Shown here: positions 30,401 to 41,200 of the stretch, in pieces
Position numbering within the stretch: position 1 is the first letter of the stretch
Layout of the letters: the number at the start of each line of letters is the position of its first letter
Assembly: GCA_002269645.1 (NCBI GenBank)
Contig: NIVC01001267.1
Location: forward strand, 186,001 to 250,000
Reading direction: 5' to 3'
DNA: 64,000 nt
Source: Macrostomum lignano
Lineage: Eukaryota
Position numbers and translations under genes: made by a program
Notes under the pieces: model-generated
Told to the model about the DNA's origin: nothing
What the model saw: the letters and a program-made list of their open reading frames with translations, nothing else
Databases searched by the model: none

Positions 30401-32452
30401 CACATGGCGCACAAGTAATTTTTTTTTCTCGGCGCACGCGGCGCACAACAAAAATTTTGATGGATGTTATTCCGGCGCACACGCTGCACCTTCCTGACCA
30501 TGGCAACTAGGAAGCAATAAAACCAACTATCAGAAGGAAAGGATAAGGCAAAAAGTGATTAAACTATATATAAATTGACAAAACTTGCTAATATTAGATT
30601 GATTAATTTGATTCTAATTTCATTACCTAGAAAAAAATCTTTCAAATAATATTAAAACCAATAGTCAATACATTTATTTTAAAAATCATTTAGTACAGCC
30701 TAGGCTTATACATTTGAATGTAGAAACTTTAAGTTTTGCAAAAAATGCATTTATTTTATATATGCATATATTTTTCCATTGAAAATATACAAAAACTTAT
30801 CACTCAAATTTTTAAGTTTGAGTTTGAGTCTTTATAACTTTTTTATTATTCAATTAGTTTTAGGGGGCCTATATAAATGAGGCCATTGTCGCCATTTTGG
30901 AATACTATTAATGCTTTCTATTATATTTTTCAAGTATAGGCCCCTACTTATTAAAATAAAAATAACTTTTAAAATCTCACTGGACAGCCTAATATTATAG
31001 GCTAAGGCAGTAAGGCTGAGATGCCTAGAACAAAATATATTGCAAACATTATAAATATATATATAGGCCTATTCCTGTCTGTGAATAGGCCCTATTAAAG
31101 AAATTGGGATTTTGATAAAGAAATCTAGGAAATTGGGAAAAAATTAAAACAAAAAAATATTATATACTTAAAATTAAAAATGAGTTGTCTAAATAAAGTT
31201 CTAGTTGTATCTAGGCCAATGCCTATGATTAAGTAGGCCTAGGCCAATGTGATGGTGTAGGACCAAGACCACCACACACCAAGACCGCCACACTTGGGGG
31301 AGATAGGAGGGAGGAATTTGGCTCACCATGTTATTGGATAGGGCTGAGGAGGGGTGAGATGGGGAGAGCCAGCAAGACAAGGCCACGAGAGAGGAACTGG
31401 TAAGCAGGCTAGCCTGGCTAGGTAGGTGAGTGAGCCAGGCTCCTTGTTTTTTTCATTTAATTTGAATTGTTAAAATTGCCCTGGTTGACTTGCAATCATT
31501 TTGGGCCACTTATTCATCTTATTAGTGACCAATCTTAGGACACTTCCTCCTCATCTAACTCCACAACCCATCATAACCAATAGCAATGCTGGAAGATTGG
31601 TAGCTTCCCCTCAATTCCAATAGTCAGTAAGAGCTGTGGCGGTCTTAGTATGTGGCGGTCTTGGTCATGCGCCAATGTGATAGATGAGGCCTATGGGAAA
31701 AATGGCTAAGCCCAACCAATTTTGTTCTATGTATGCACTAAAAAATGTGACAATGACTAGAGTTCTGGCACTGGAACCCATTTTCTAATAGCTATGGATC
31801 CAGCAGTCTTCTGCAGGCAGTTATCTACTAATGACATCTTTGAACATTAGTTTCAAGTATCTAATTTTGAATCTCATCATTTTTGTTTTGATCTTAGGCC
31901 TCATATATATACTGTATACTTATAAACTGCACTACTGGAATACCACTGCCGGATCCAAAGCCCTGAGAAAATGGGTTCCAGTGCTGGAACTCTAGCCTTT
32001 GCCAAAAAATGCATAGGCCTAGGGCCTAGGCCTAGTCCCTAATTATTTATCCCAAAAAATTCTGTTATGCGCAGCCAAGGTGCGTGGTCCCCTCCGTCGA
32101 TCTGCGACGCAACCTTTTCGATGGAGACCTAAAAAATTAAAGTGGGGACCAAGCTCAGCGCAATTACATCAAAAAAGAACAGTCGGAACAGAGCACCTCT
32201 CCACCTCCCCTTTAGCCAGGTCTTTGGATTTTCAGCGTATGTTTATTTTATCAAAACCAGGGAATATACTGAAAAGCTAAAGTTAAGTAGATATAAAATT
32301 ATCTACATGTAGATGCTTTTCGATGGCTGACTATGCGACAATGTAGACTGTAGTGGTAAGGCACGGCACTATTATTTTTCTAGAAATTGCCACCGATTCA
32401 CAATTTTGAACATTACTGTGCATTTAAACAAACACACACGTAAGCTTACCAT
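19851..32452 (-). CDS. ACIN1: Acinus (RRM plus RSB motif); exons 27132-27449, 25925-26090, 25382-25536, 24757-25080, 23589-24195, 22930-23021, 19851-20051; probable ATG-only first coding exon 32450-32452; ~621 aa
   Basis: RRM VLKVTGLVRPFTPQQLRELL...WLDRIKTRC...WPKGNSRALKVDF; RSB motif LLDQLFRKTCTTPFIYWMPLNDEQ; RQRRGAWG motif; RS/RD tail. All internal phases match. The first exon (aaaaATG|GTAAGC, phase 0) is inferred; no SAP domain was found. Confidence 0.9.
20100..20545. repeat. 23-bp minisatellite CTGAATGGGGAATTTGGGGATTT, last ACIN1 intron
   Basis: Direct reading. Confidence 0.9.
21880..22860. repeat. 101-bp higher-order repeat (~6 copies, one GAATTC each) of ~20-bp subunits, decaying into monomers
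   Basis: AGAATTCGAA recurs at 21981, 22082 and 22183. Confidence 0.92.
23150..23580. repeat. 30-bp minisatellite CACCAAACTGAGGTCAGGGAGGGGTTATGA abutting an ACIN1 donor
   Basis: Ends <10 nt from the donor at 23588. Confidence 0.96.
24240..24570. repeat. Degenerate AAAATCGCC / ATGATT repeat in an ACIN1 intron
   Basis: Imperfect ~30-bp periodicity. Confidence 0.6.
25100..25310. repeat. 28-bp repeat CTGGGAGGCTGGCCCAGCAACTGAGGRT (same family as 34825-35305)
   Basis: Direct comparison. Confidence 0.9.
25560..25870. repeat. 31-bp minisatellite GTACATTGCGGGAAGTGAGGTGGGGCTGTGY
   Basis: Direct reading. Confidence 0.94.
26270..26905. repeat. Composite minisatellite built on CTTGTTGCYATGG
   Basis: Two subarrays with different spacers. 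Confidence 0.9.
29670..30503. mobile_element. Non-autonomous DNA transposon (MITE), CCAYA..CAGGAAG family, 834 bp
   Basis: Exact 8-bp TSD CAACTAGG (29662-69 and 30504-11); ends CCACAGCCAGGAAG vs reverse-complemented CCATGGTCAGGAAG (11/14); subterminal GGCGCAC repeats. Confidence 0.85.
31253..31674. mobile_element. MITE with TGG...CCA ends and ~40-bp imperfect TIRs
   Basis: TGGTGTAGGACCAAGACCACCACACACCAAGACCGCCACA vs reverse-complemented TGGCGCATGACCAAGACCGCCACATACTAAGACCGCCACA; direct repeat ATGTGA (extendable to GCCAATGTGAT) at both ends. Confidence 0.7.
31758..31994. mobile_element. Short MITE with TAGAG... hAT-like TIRs (~30 bp near-perfect, ~50 bp imperfect)
   Basis: TAGAGTTCTGGCACTGGAACCCATTTTCT vs reverse-complemented TAGAGTTCCAGCACTGGAACCCATTTTCT; no TSD seen. 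Confidence 0.7.
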
Positions 32453-32657
32453 TTTTTTAATTAAAAAAAACGGTGTATAGTGGCATTTCACGCTTTGATT
32501 TTATTAGTTATGCTATATTCAGCTTATGAATTTCTAAGAGCAAAGACTGAATTAAGGCAGCGTAATCTGCCACAGACATAGAGAATTTAGGTTGCAAAAA
32601 TATTGAGGATGCAGCGAAACCCTTACATTCTTTACCATAAACAATTTTTTATCTCAG

Positions 32658-33155
32658 CATAGGCGTAAGAACGTTTTAAAAAGTAGGGGGGGGGGCAGGC
32701 CAGGTTCAGTGGCGGATTTAAGGGGGGGGGCAGGGCGCACGCCCCCTTCGAGTTAGATTTTTTTATATGGAAAATGGACATTAACATGTACCGATTATTT
32801 TCAGAATCCGTCTTGTTAGCACTCATTTTATAAAGTGCCGCAGGCACTCATTTTAGCGCCGCTGGCACTCATTTTGGCGCCGCGGGCAATCATTTTAGCG
32901 CCGCAAGCACTCATTAGCGCCGCTGGCACTCATTTTGGCGCCGCAGGCAATCATTTTAGCGCCGCAAGCACTCATTAGCGCCGCTGGCACTCATTTTGGC
33001 GCCGCAGGCGCTATGTTTTGTCGCCCTGCAGCAAAATGCATTCATGCAAAGCAGCAGAAACCAAAAATAAGCAAGAAGTCTACATTTTGCATCTAAAATG
33101 TGGAGGGGCCAGATACCATTAACCCGGCCACTGGCCCCCCCGTTCCTACGCCTTA
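32658..33155. mobile_element. Non-autonomous element carrying a short 21-bp GCACTCATTTTRGCGCCGCAG array (32822-33010)
   Basis: Ends CATAGGCGTAAGAACG and CGTTCCTACGCCTTAT; 8-bp TSD TATCTCAG/TGTCTCAG (1 mismatch); G-run at left, GGGGCCAG..CTGGCCCC hairpin at right. Confidence 0.7.
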
Positions 33156-34617
33156 TTGTCTCAGTTCAATAATTCATTAGCTCCTCAGCTTAAAACACTC
33201 AGCTGATTTTTACAGCATCCATCAGCCCGTCAAACGTACGAGCGTTTGGACCATTGATACTTGTTGGACCAATTAAATGTTAAAAATAAAAAGTTGGCCA
33301 GCCTTGCTACCATAGACAAAAGCTCCATTCCATTGGCAAACGTATCTTGTATTGTATTAAATTCAACGCGCGTAACTGCAAAACGCTGTATTAGACTATT
33401 AGCGGATAATTTTTAATGATTCGTTTCGATTTAGTTTTTAGCCTACAACAATTGTAGTTTAATCTGCAAAGTCGTTTTACCACTATAGGTACAGGCGAAA
33501 CTTGCACAAAACCAAATGAAATAGTTTTTTTTGAATTGCACAACTTTTTGTTTTTTAATTAAGGTTTATTTATTTCTTTTGTTGAAAAATGGAAAATAAA
33601 TCCAGTGAAAATAAATTCTTTCATTATATTTAACACAGAATGGAATAAAGACATGTGTATAAGCTTGAATATAAATTTTAAAAGGCATGCGTATATCTGT
33701 ACTTATACATGCTACTGGTCAACTACCCATGTCAGCAATAAATACTTAAAGTTAGCATATGGTATAGGTATAGACATTCTGTAATAAATTTGCATCGCCA
33801 AAAAGATTTGCACAATAAATAATTGAATGAAAATTAATATACTGTTTAAGCGTTGGCAAAATAAATATACAACTCTGAAAATATATAGTAAGTGTGTAAC
33901 AGAAATAAAATGAAAATACAGTTAGTGTATTCCAGATTACCACTGTACAGAGAAATTGCAACCAGTATTTTGTAGTATGCGTCCCTTGAGCAACAATTCT
34001 GCAATTTTACTTCATTCATGTCTCCAAATTATTATTTTTAAATGACAGTGAAAGGGTAGAAATGAATCACAGACACGTGTACATGCATGTAAGAAAGTGT
34101 TAAAGTCTCCAAGATGAAAAACACAAACATAGTTATTCCAGACAGTGAAAATACCAGCCACCAGAGAATTAATCAATCAAAAAAACAGCACAGGCTAACC
34201 AAAACTACTGTAAGTAGCGTACAAAAATAAAACGATTTCTTTTCACAGGAAATCTACAAAATCTGCTGAAATAGATGATTTATTTGCTTTACGAGTCGGG
34301 TCGAAAAACAGATTTGCCACAAATACTTCAAGTATCATGATTCAGATTAGTTAGTATTAAGTAATCTTTAATTAACCTCACACAAACTGAATTAGTATAG
34401 GGGAGATTCAAAACAAGTTCATCATACAATTAAAGATAAAAATTACCGAAAAAGCATCAGAATAATCAGACATACGCATATTGGATTGGGATAATGAAAA
34501 CAAGCAGTCCGGTACCAACTGACTACTGCTGTGAGGTCCACTATATTCATTACACAAGTAGCAAATGACGCGCATGCATACACGAAAGGCATTATCTGAA
34601 TCGAAGGAAATCAAGGC

Positions 34618-34623
34618 TTTATT
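34618..34623 (-). promoter_or_regulatory. Candidate AATAAA poly(A) signal for RAB9
   Basis: First TTTATT (+) I found downstream of the RAB9 stop. Confidence 0.4.
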
Positions 34624-34824
34624 ACAAAGTTTCAGACACCAAAATCTAGGCAGTAAATATTTAGCTTGTTTAGCAATACATTGGCATACGAAAATGTCTG
34701 AAAATAATTGCGTCTACACAAGAATAATTACAAGCATGTCGTTGTGATCGTTAAAATATCGTTTTAAACTTAAAAAAGCACAAAAAATAGTTTTTAGAGT
34801 TAAGAAGGCTGGCGGTGACCCAGC

Positions 34825-35305
34825 AACTGTCACTCTGGGAGGCTGGCCCAGCAACCGAGGGTCTGGGAGGCTGGCCCAGCAACCGAGGGTCTGGGAGGCT
34901 GGCCCAGCAACTGAGGGTCTGGGAGGCTGGCCCAGCAACTGAGGATCTGGGAGGCTGGCCCAGCAACTGAGGGTCTGGGAGGCTGGCCCAGCAACTGAGG
35001 ATCTGGGAGGCTGGCCCAGCAACTGAGGATCTGGGAGGCTGGCCCAGCAACTGAGGGTCTGGGAGGCTGGCCCAGCAACTGAGGATCTGGAGGCTGGCCC
35101 AGCAACTGAGGATCTGGAGGCTGGCCCAGCAACTGAGGGTCTGGGAGGCTGGCCCAGCAACTGAGGATCTGGGAGGCTGGCCCAGCAACTGAGGGTCTGG
35201 GAGGCTGGCCCAGCAACTGAGGGTCTGGGAGGCTGGCCCAGCAACTGAGGGTCTGGGAGGCTGGCCCAGCAACTGAGGGTCTGGGAGGCTGGTCCAGCAA
35301 CTGAG
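34825..35305. repeat. 28-bp minisatellite CTGGGAGGCTGGCCCAGCAACTGAGGRT, probably in the RAB9 3' UTR
   Basis: About 17 units. Confidence 0.95.
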
Positions 35306-35441
35306 AGACTTTGCAGTTTGCTGTGAAGGCAATCTACTCTGAAGTAAAGACCCCAAAACTACTACTAACGAGTAGAGCAGACAGACAGGCCCACAGAGCC
35401 AGAGGCCCAAAAAGGTTAGGAACAATCCGGATCAGACACGG

Positions 35442-36559
35442 TCAGCAGCAGTTAAAGCCGCTCCTCTTGCCGCCGCTGCCACCAAGCTGACCGGAGGAGC
35501 TCCCGCCGTCGCCACCAGCTCGGACTCGAATCCTCCCTGTGGAAGTCGCGGTAGTTGACGAAGTTGCGGCTGCAGCCTCCGCCGTGGCCGATTCAGCTTT
35601 GGCCCGGGCCAACCACGCGGCCGCAACGTGACTGAAAGCGGCGTCAACATTGTCAGAACTTTTAGCCGAGGCAGTCAGATGCCGCATGCCGTACTGGTTG
35701 GCCCACGCATCGGCATCTTCCACTGACACTTCGGCCAATTCTACGTCGCTTTTATTGCCAACTAGTAGGAACGGGAACTTCTGCCCGTCACTTTCCAGTA
35801 CGTCTGAGTAGTGAAAGAACTCCTGGCGCCACATGTCCACGTTGGTGAAGGAGCGGCGATCGTCTAGGGCATACACTAGGATGCACGCATCTGCGCCTCT
35901 GCGGCGGGTGGTTTGCGGAGTTCGCTTGATTTAAGAGCAACACCAACCCCACTCTCTGCCCTGTACGACACCCACCCCACTCTCTGCCCTGTCCGACACC
36001 CACCCCACTCTCTGCCCTGTCCGACACCCACCCAACTCTCTGCCCTGTCCGACACCCACCCCACTTTCTGCCCTGTTCGACATCCACCCATTCTCCGCCG
36101 TACAACACCCACCCGATTCTCTGCCCTGTCCGACAACCACCCCACTCTCTGCCCTGTCCGACACCCACCCCACTCTCTGCCCTGTCCGACACCCACCAAA
36201 CTCTCTGCCCTGTCCGACACCCACCCCACTCTCTGCCCTGTCCGACACCCACCCCACTCTCTGCCCTGTTGGGCACCCACCCCATTCTCTGCTCTGTGAA
36301 GCCCAGCTTTTAAGACAGCTAATCATTCTCACCTGTAAAATGGAGTCCGCAAAGATCGATACCTCTCCTGTCCCGCAGTGTCCCAAATCTGCAGAGTAAA
36401 ATGCATACCATCAATAGTAAGCTCTTTAACTAAGAACTCAACACCGATAGTGTGCTGCGGTCGCTGATCGAAGCGCTGGTGCACGTAGCGCGTCATTAGA
36501 GACGACTTGCCGACGCCACCGTCGCCAAGTAAGATGACCTTTAGAAGCTGGGAGCGCGG
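35442..36559 (-). CDS. RAB9: Rab9 GTPase; exons 36333-36559 and 35442-35898; start codon unresolved
   Basis: [25 protein letters not shown]...HTIGVEFL...[19 protein letters not shown]|RGADAC...[11 protein letters not shown]...TSAK...FNCC; the LRTPFYRG and HTIGVEFL motifs are Rab9-type; C-terminal CC prenylation motif. Confidence 0.93.
35940..36295. repeat. 28-bp minisatellite CACCCACCCCACTCTCTGCCCTGTCCGA, RAB9 intron
   Basis: Direct reading. Confidence 0.93.
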
Positions 36560-36659
36560 CTGTAAATATAATTTACAGGGCAGAGTATATCAATACAGGA
36601 TATGTTTCCATAGAAACTAGGGACCGTGTTACTGTCGCTAAGTAGTGGACAATGAAGTC

Positions 36660-37530
36660 TCTGTAGCTCTTAAATAGGAGAAACTGACCCCTCAATAGTA
36701 GCTTTTAAATAGGACAATGACCCCTCTGTAGCTCCTAAATAGGACAATGACCCCTCTGTAGCTCTTAAATAGGACAATGACCCCTCTGTAGCTCCTAAAT
36801 AGGACAATGACCCCTCTGTAGCTCTTAAATAGGACAATGATCCCCCTGTAGCTCTTAAATAGGACAATGACCCCTCTGTAGCTCTTAAATAGGACAATGA
36901 CCCCTCTGTAGCTCCTAAATAGGACAATGACCCCTCTGTAGCTCTTAAATAGGACAATGACCCCTCTGTAGCTCCTAAATAGGACAATGACCCCTCTGTA
37001 GCTCTTAAATAGGACAATGATCCCCCTGTAGCTCTTAAATAGGACAATGACCCCTCTGTAGCTCCTAAATAGGACAATGACCCCTCTGTAGCTCTTAAAT
37101 AGGACAATGACCCCTCTGTAGCTCTTAAATAGGACAATGATCCCTCTGTAGCTCTTAAATAGGACAATGATCCCTCTGTAGCTCTTAAATAGGACAATGA
37201 CCCCTCTGTAGCTCCTAAATAGGACAATGACCCCTCTGTAGCTCCTAAATAGGACAATGACCCCTCTGTAGCTCCTAAATAGGACAATGACCCCTCTGTA
37301 GCTCCTAAATAGGACAATGACCCCTCTGTAGCTCTTAAATAGGACAATGACCCCTCTGTAGCTCTTAAATAGGACAATGACCCCTCTGTAGCTCTTAAAT
37401 AGGACAATGACCCCTCTGTAGCTCCTAAATAGGACAATGACCCCTCTGTAGCTCTTAAATAGGACAATGACCCCTCTGTAGCTCTTAAATAGGACAATGA
37501 CCCCTTCTGTAGTTCCCAAATGGGGAACAA
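36660..37530. repeat. 30-bp minisatellite GTAGCTCYTAAATAGGACAATGACCCCTCT upstream of the RAB9 coding exon
   Basis: Very homogeneous, ~29 copies. Confidence 0.97.
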
Positions 37531-38204
37531 TGATCTCTTCTGTCGCAATACCAACAGCTAGAGCCTCCTAAACACAATGCAAACAGTAAAAAATGAGCAA
37601 GACCAATCTACAAAGCTTGCCACAGAAACGGACAAGAGACAGAGATAAACAAATTCAAGCTAGCTTTTTATTTATATATATAGTATGCAAATTTATAGAT
37701 TTGTTTCGCAGTCTTGTACCAAAAAGATCTTCCTTTGCGATACAATAATTATTATAATAGTAATTAATATTTTTTTATTAAAGAAAATAGCTGCATATAC
37801 GCTCGTAAATCGAACTTAGCAAGGAAACCAATGCACTGCAGTCTGTCGTTAGTGCCGCTTACTTATTGATCGAGTAGACTGCGCTTCCTTTTGCACTAAA
37901 CTTCAACTAAAAAATGATGGCTTCAGACAAACATGACAAGATTCTGATTTGTGTTAACTAGCAAACTTTATCGCCGCTGAATAAACAGAACCAACTAACT
38001 AATTTAGCCGCTTTAAGTTTAAGAAGAAATTTCATGAAACTAACAGTTACAAAACAAGACGGGCAGTAATACACGGGTAGATGGGTATCTACTTTGATAT
38101 CTAATTATGTTAAAAAAAACTGTCACCAAGGCTAGAGGCTTTTAAAACGCAATTTAGAAACTTTTAGAAACCTTTATAACTGTCCCCGGCTGCTTTTAGG
38201 TGTT

Positions 38205-41200
38205 CTATAAAACTACAGATCTAGATGGAGGTAATGATGGATGGGCGATATGATGGTTAGGGATGTTGGAGAGATGGGGAGATAAGGATATTGGGGAGAT
38301 GGGGATATGGGGATATTAGGGAGATGGGGATACTTGGAAGATGAGGATGAGGGATATTGGGGAGATTGGGGATATGATGGCTGGGATATGATGGCTGGGG
38401 AATATGATGGCCGGGGGATATGATGGCTAGGGGAGATGGAGGATACGATGGCTGGGGGATATGATGGCCGGGGATATGATGGCTAGGGGAGATGGAGGAT
38501 ACGATGGCTGGGGGATATGATGGCCGGGGGATATGATGGCTAGGGGAGATGGAGGATACGATGGCTGGGGGATATGATGGCCGGGGGATATGATGGCTAG
38601 GGGAGATGGAGGATACGATGGCTGGGGGATATGATGGCCGGGGATATGATGGCTAGGGGAGATGGAGGATACGATGGCTGGGGATATGATGGCCGGGGGA
38701 TATGATGGCTAGGAGAGATGGAGGATACGATGGCTGGGGGATATGATGACCGGGGGATATGATGGCTAGGGGAGATGGAGGATACGATGGCTGGGGGATA
38801 TGACCGGGGGATATGATGGCTAGGGGAGATGGAGGATACGATGGCTGGGGGATATGATGACTGGACTGCGCATCTAGGCTCCAGTGCATTAAGAACTGCT
38901 CAGCCTAGCTAGCTGCTTACCCAGCCCCACCCGCAGCCTCAGCCTCGGCAGCCAGAATGCTGGGCATAATCCTGGTGAACACGATGCCCATGCCTTCAAT
39001 CAGGCCCAGCAGCACTGCGCCAATCAGAGCTTGAGCAACCATCGCGGCCGGTCCCTGCCGCACAGCTAGCAGAGCTCCGGTCGCGGCGCCAGACATGATG
39101 CTATTGTACGGGTCCTCTTTCTGTCGCAGGTAGATCAACGAGCACTCGGTGGTTGCAAAAGTGCCGCCCCACATTGCGAAAGCGCCACCCAAAGCCGGGG
39201 CTCGTTGGCGCACGTTGGACAGAGCCGAGATCAGGCGCATGTGCTGGCTGGATGGAGCAGTACGGTAGCCTTTGTAAAAGTACACCAGAGTGCCGCCGAT
39301 AGCGCCCATTGTGTAGGCGCCGCCAAGATCAGATACAATGCGCCATGGGCTGGTTTGACAATAATGGTTGGGGGGAGGCACAATGACTTCCACAGGCTTA
39401 TATGCAATCATTTTCCAAATATCTTATTGTGGTATTACATAAGCTTATGTGGAACACAGATTCTAAAATAGCTAGATGGGCCACTCAGGCATATATACTT
39501 AGTAAAACAGCTTCCTACTTTCAGTTCAGTAGCAAAGAAGAATATAAAAGCTATTTTATAAAAATAAAGGCAGCTGAAATGACTTTGATAAGTTTAGAAG
39601 CCCAAGCTTTCAGGCCTAAACAACTTGCTAATTGGTTCAGGCATAGTGTACATTAGCCAGTCCACTGAAATGTACATGGCAGCTTTAGGCTGGAATTCCA
39701 AGAAAGGCAATAAAAATTGGGGAAGGGATAGTGTGAAAAGGTATGGTTGGAAGGTTTAAGCTGAGGGGTAAAGGCCAATAAATGAGCCTTGTCTTATAAA
39801 ATACATTAAAATGCTTTAGTTTAACTTACTATTGAACTGAAAATAGTTTACATATAAATGTGCAAAGTGCATAGACCTTATAGTATATATGGTACTGACT
39901 AAGCATAATGGCTCAAGCACAAGCATTTGGGTGTCATGGGAACAAATGATTTATTGGGAATGGGAACAAGACAGACTTTTCTATAGCCTATAGAGGTCCA
40001 GAGATCTTGCATACTTTCCATTGCATTGTCAATTTTGAAAATTTATTACTAGAATAAAATGATTTAGATATTTAATCCAAAAAGGACAAAGCTACAAAAC
40101 TAAGCTAGATTTCTTAAAATCATAAAATAAATTTATGTTTTATATATTTATAGTTATAAAGAGCAATGAGCCTAAGCTCATATTGTAGACTACTTTAATT
40201 TCATTTATTACTTTATAATAATTATGGTTAAAATTAAAGACTATTTAGTAATAGAGTATAGTCATTAATAAATGAACTTTTATTTAGTTAACAAATGTTC
40301 TTTATTTACAAGCCATTCATGGCTGCTGAGCTGCAAATGTCTACGGACATTTACTTTGTGAGCATAGCTTGTACTCCTATTGTATGAAAAGAGCCACAAA
40401 ATATAATGAAAGAGTAAAAATTTCTATTGACATGAACTAAAAAGCTGATACTTAAAATAATTAAAGGACTGGAAATCATTTCTAAGAAAACCAACAATGA
40501 CCTTTTAGGAAGACAATTGCCTTTTTTATCTAAAAACTTTCTTATATGTTACAAGTAAAATATAAACTTTTTGAAACATTTCATGCTTACTTCAAGTTCT
40601 AGTTTTCTTATTACATAAGATAAGATTTTTATAAAAAATTGCACAACTACAAAATTTTTATTAGTGCACACAGAATGTATCTATCATTTTGTACAAAAAT
40701 CCTATCCTAGATTTTTGCTAGGCCCTAGTAACGAAAATGGATATAATATAATCCCTTCTTGCAGTAGCTATATCCATACCATAGTCAGGAAGGTGGCAAG
40801 TGCACGCGGGAATCAATTTATGGAAAAATCCTTGGTGCATGCCAATGTACGCCAATTTTTTAAAACCCTTAACATGACATTTCTGTTGCACGCCAAAAAT
40901 CTTGAATACCAAAAATCATGTACGCCTCATGTACGTGTGATTTGAATATTAACCATATTAGATACTATTTTTAAATAAATTTTCTACTATGTTAAACAAA
41001 GTTTATATAAAAAAGGAAATTCGCTACAAAGAACATAGTGAGTATCAAAAACTTTTTCTTCACATTTCAAGAAACAAATAAACTAAAAGTCTACAAGAGT
41101 CACAAAATAAGAGCATTTAAAAGTTATTGGATATTTTAATTTTAATGTAGGCTGTAGAGTGTAGGCCTGGCTGTAGCCTCAACTAGTTGGTTTAATCAAT

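Noticed and set aside
32050-32130. SAP-domain-like start of Acinus (QIDGGDHAPWLRITEF)
   Set aside because: Runs into a stop with no donor, and the rest of the SAP motif is absent.
39350-39411. ORF-track N-terminus MIAYKPVEV... for Tim17
   Set aside because: Intronic; the conserved MEEYTRDPC exon is at 42414-42439.
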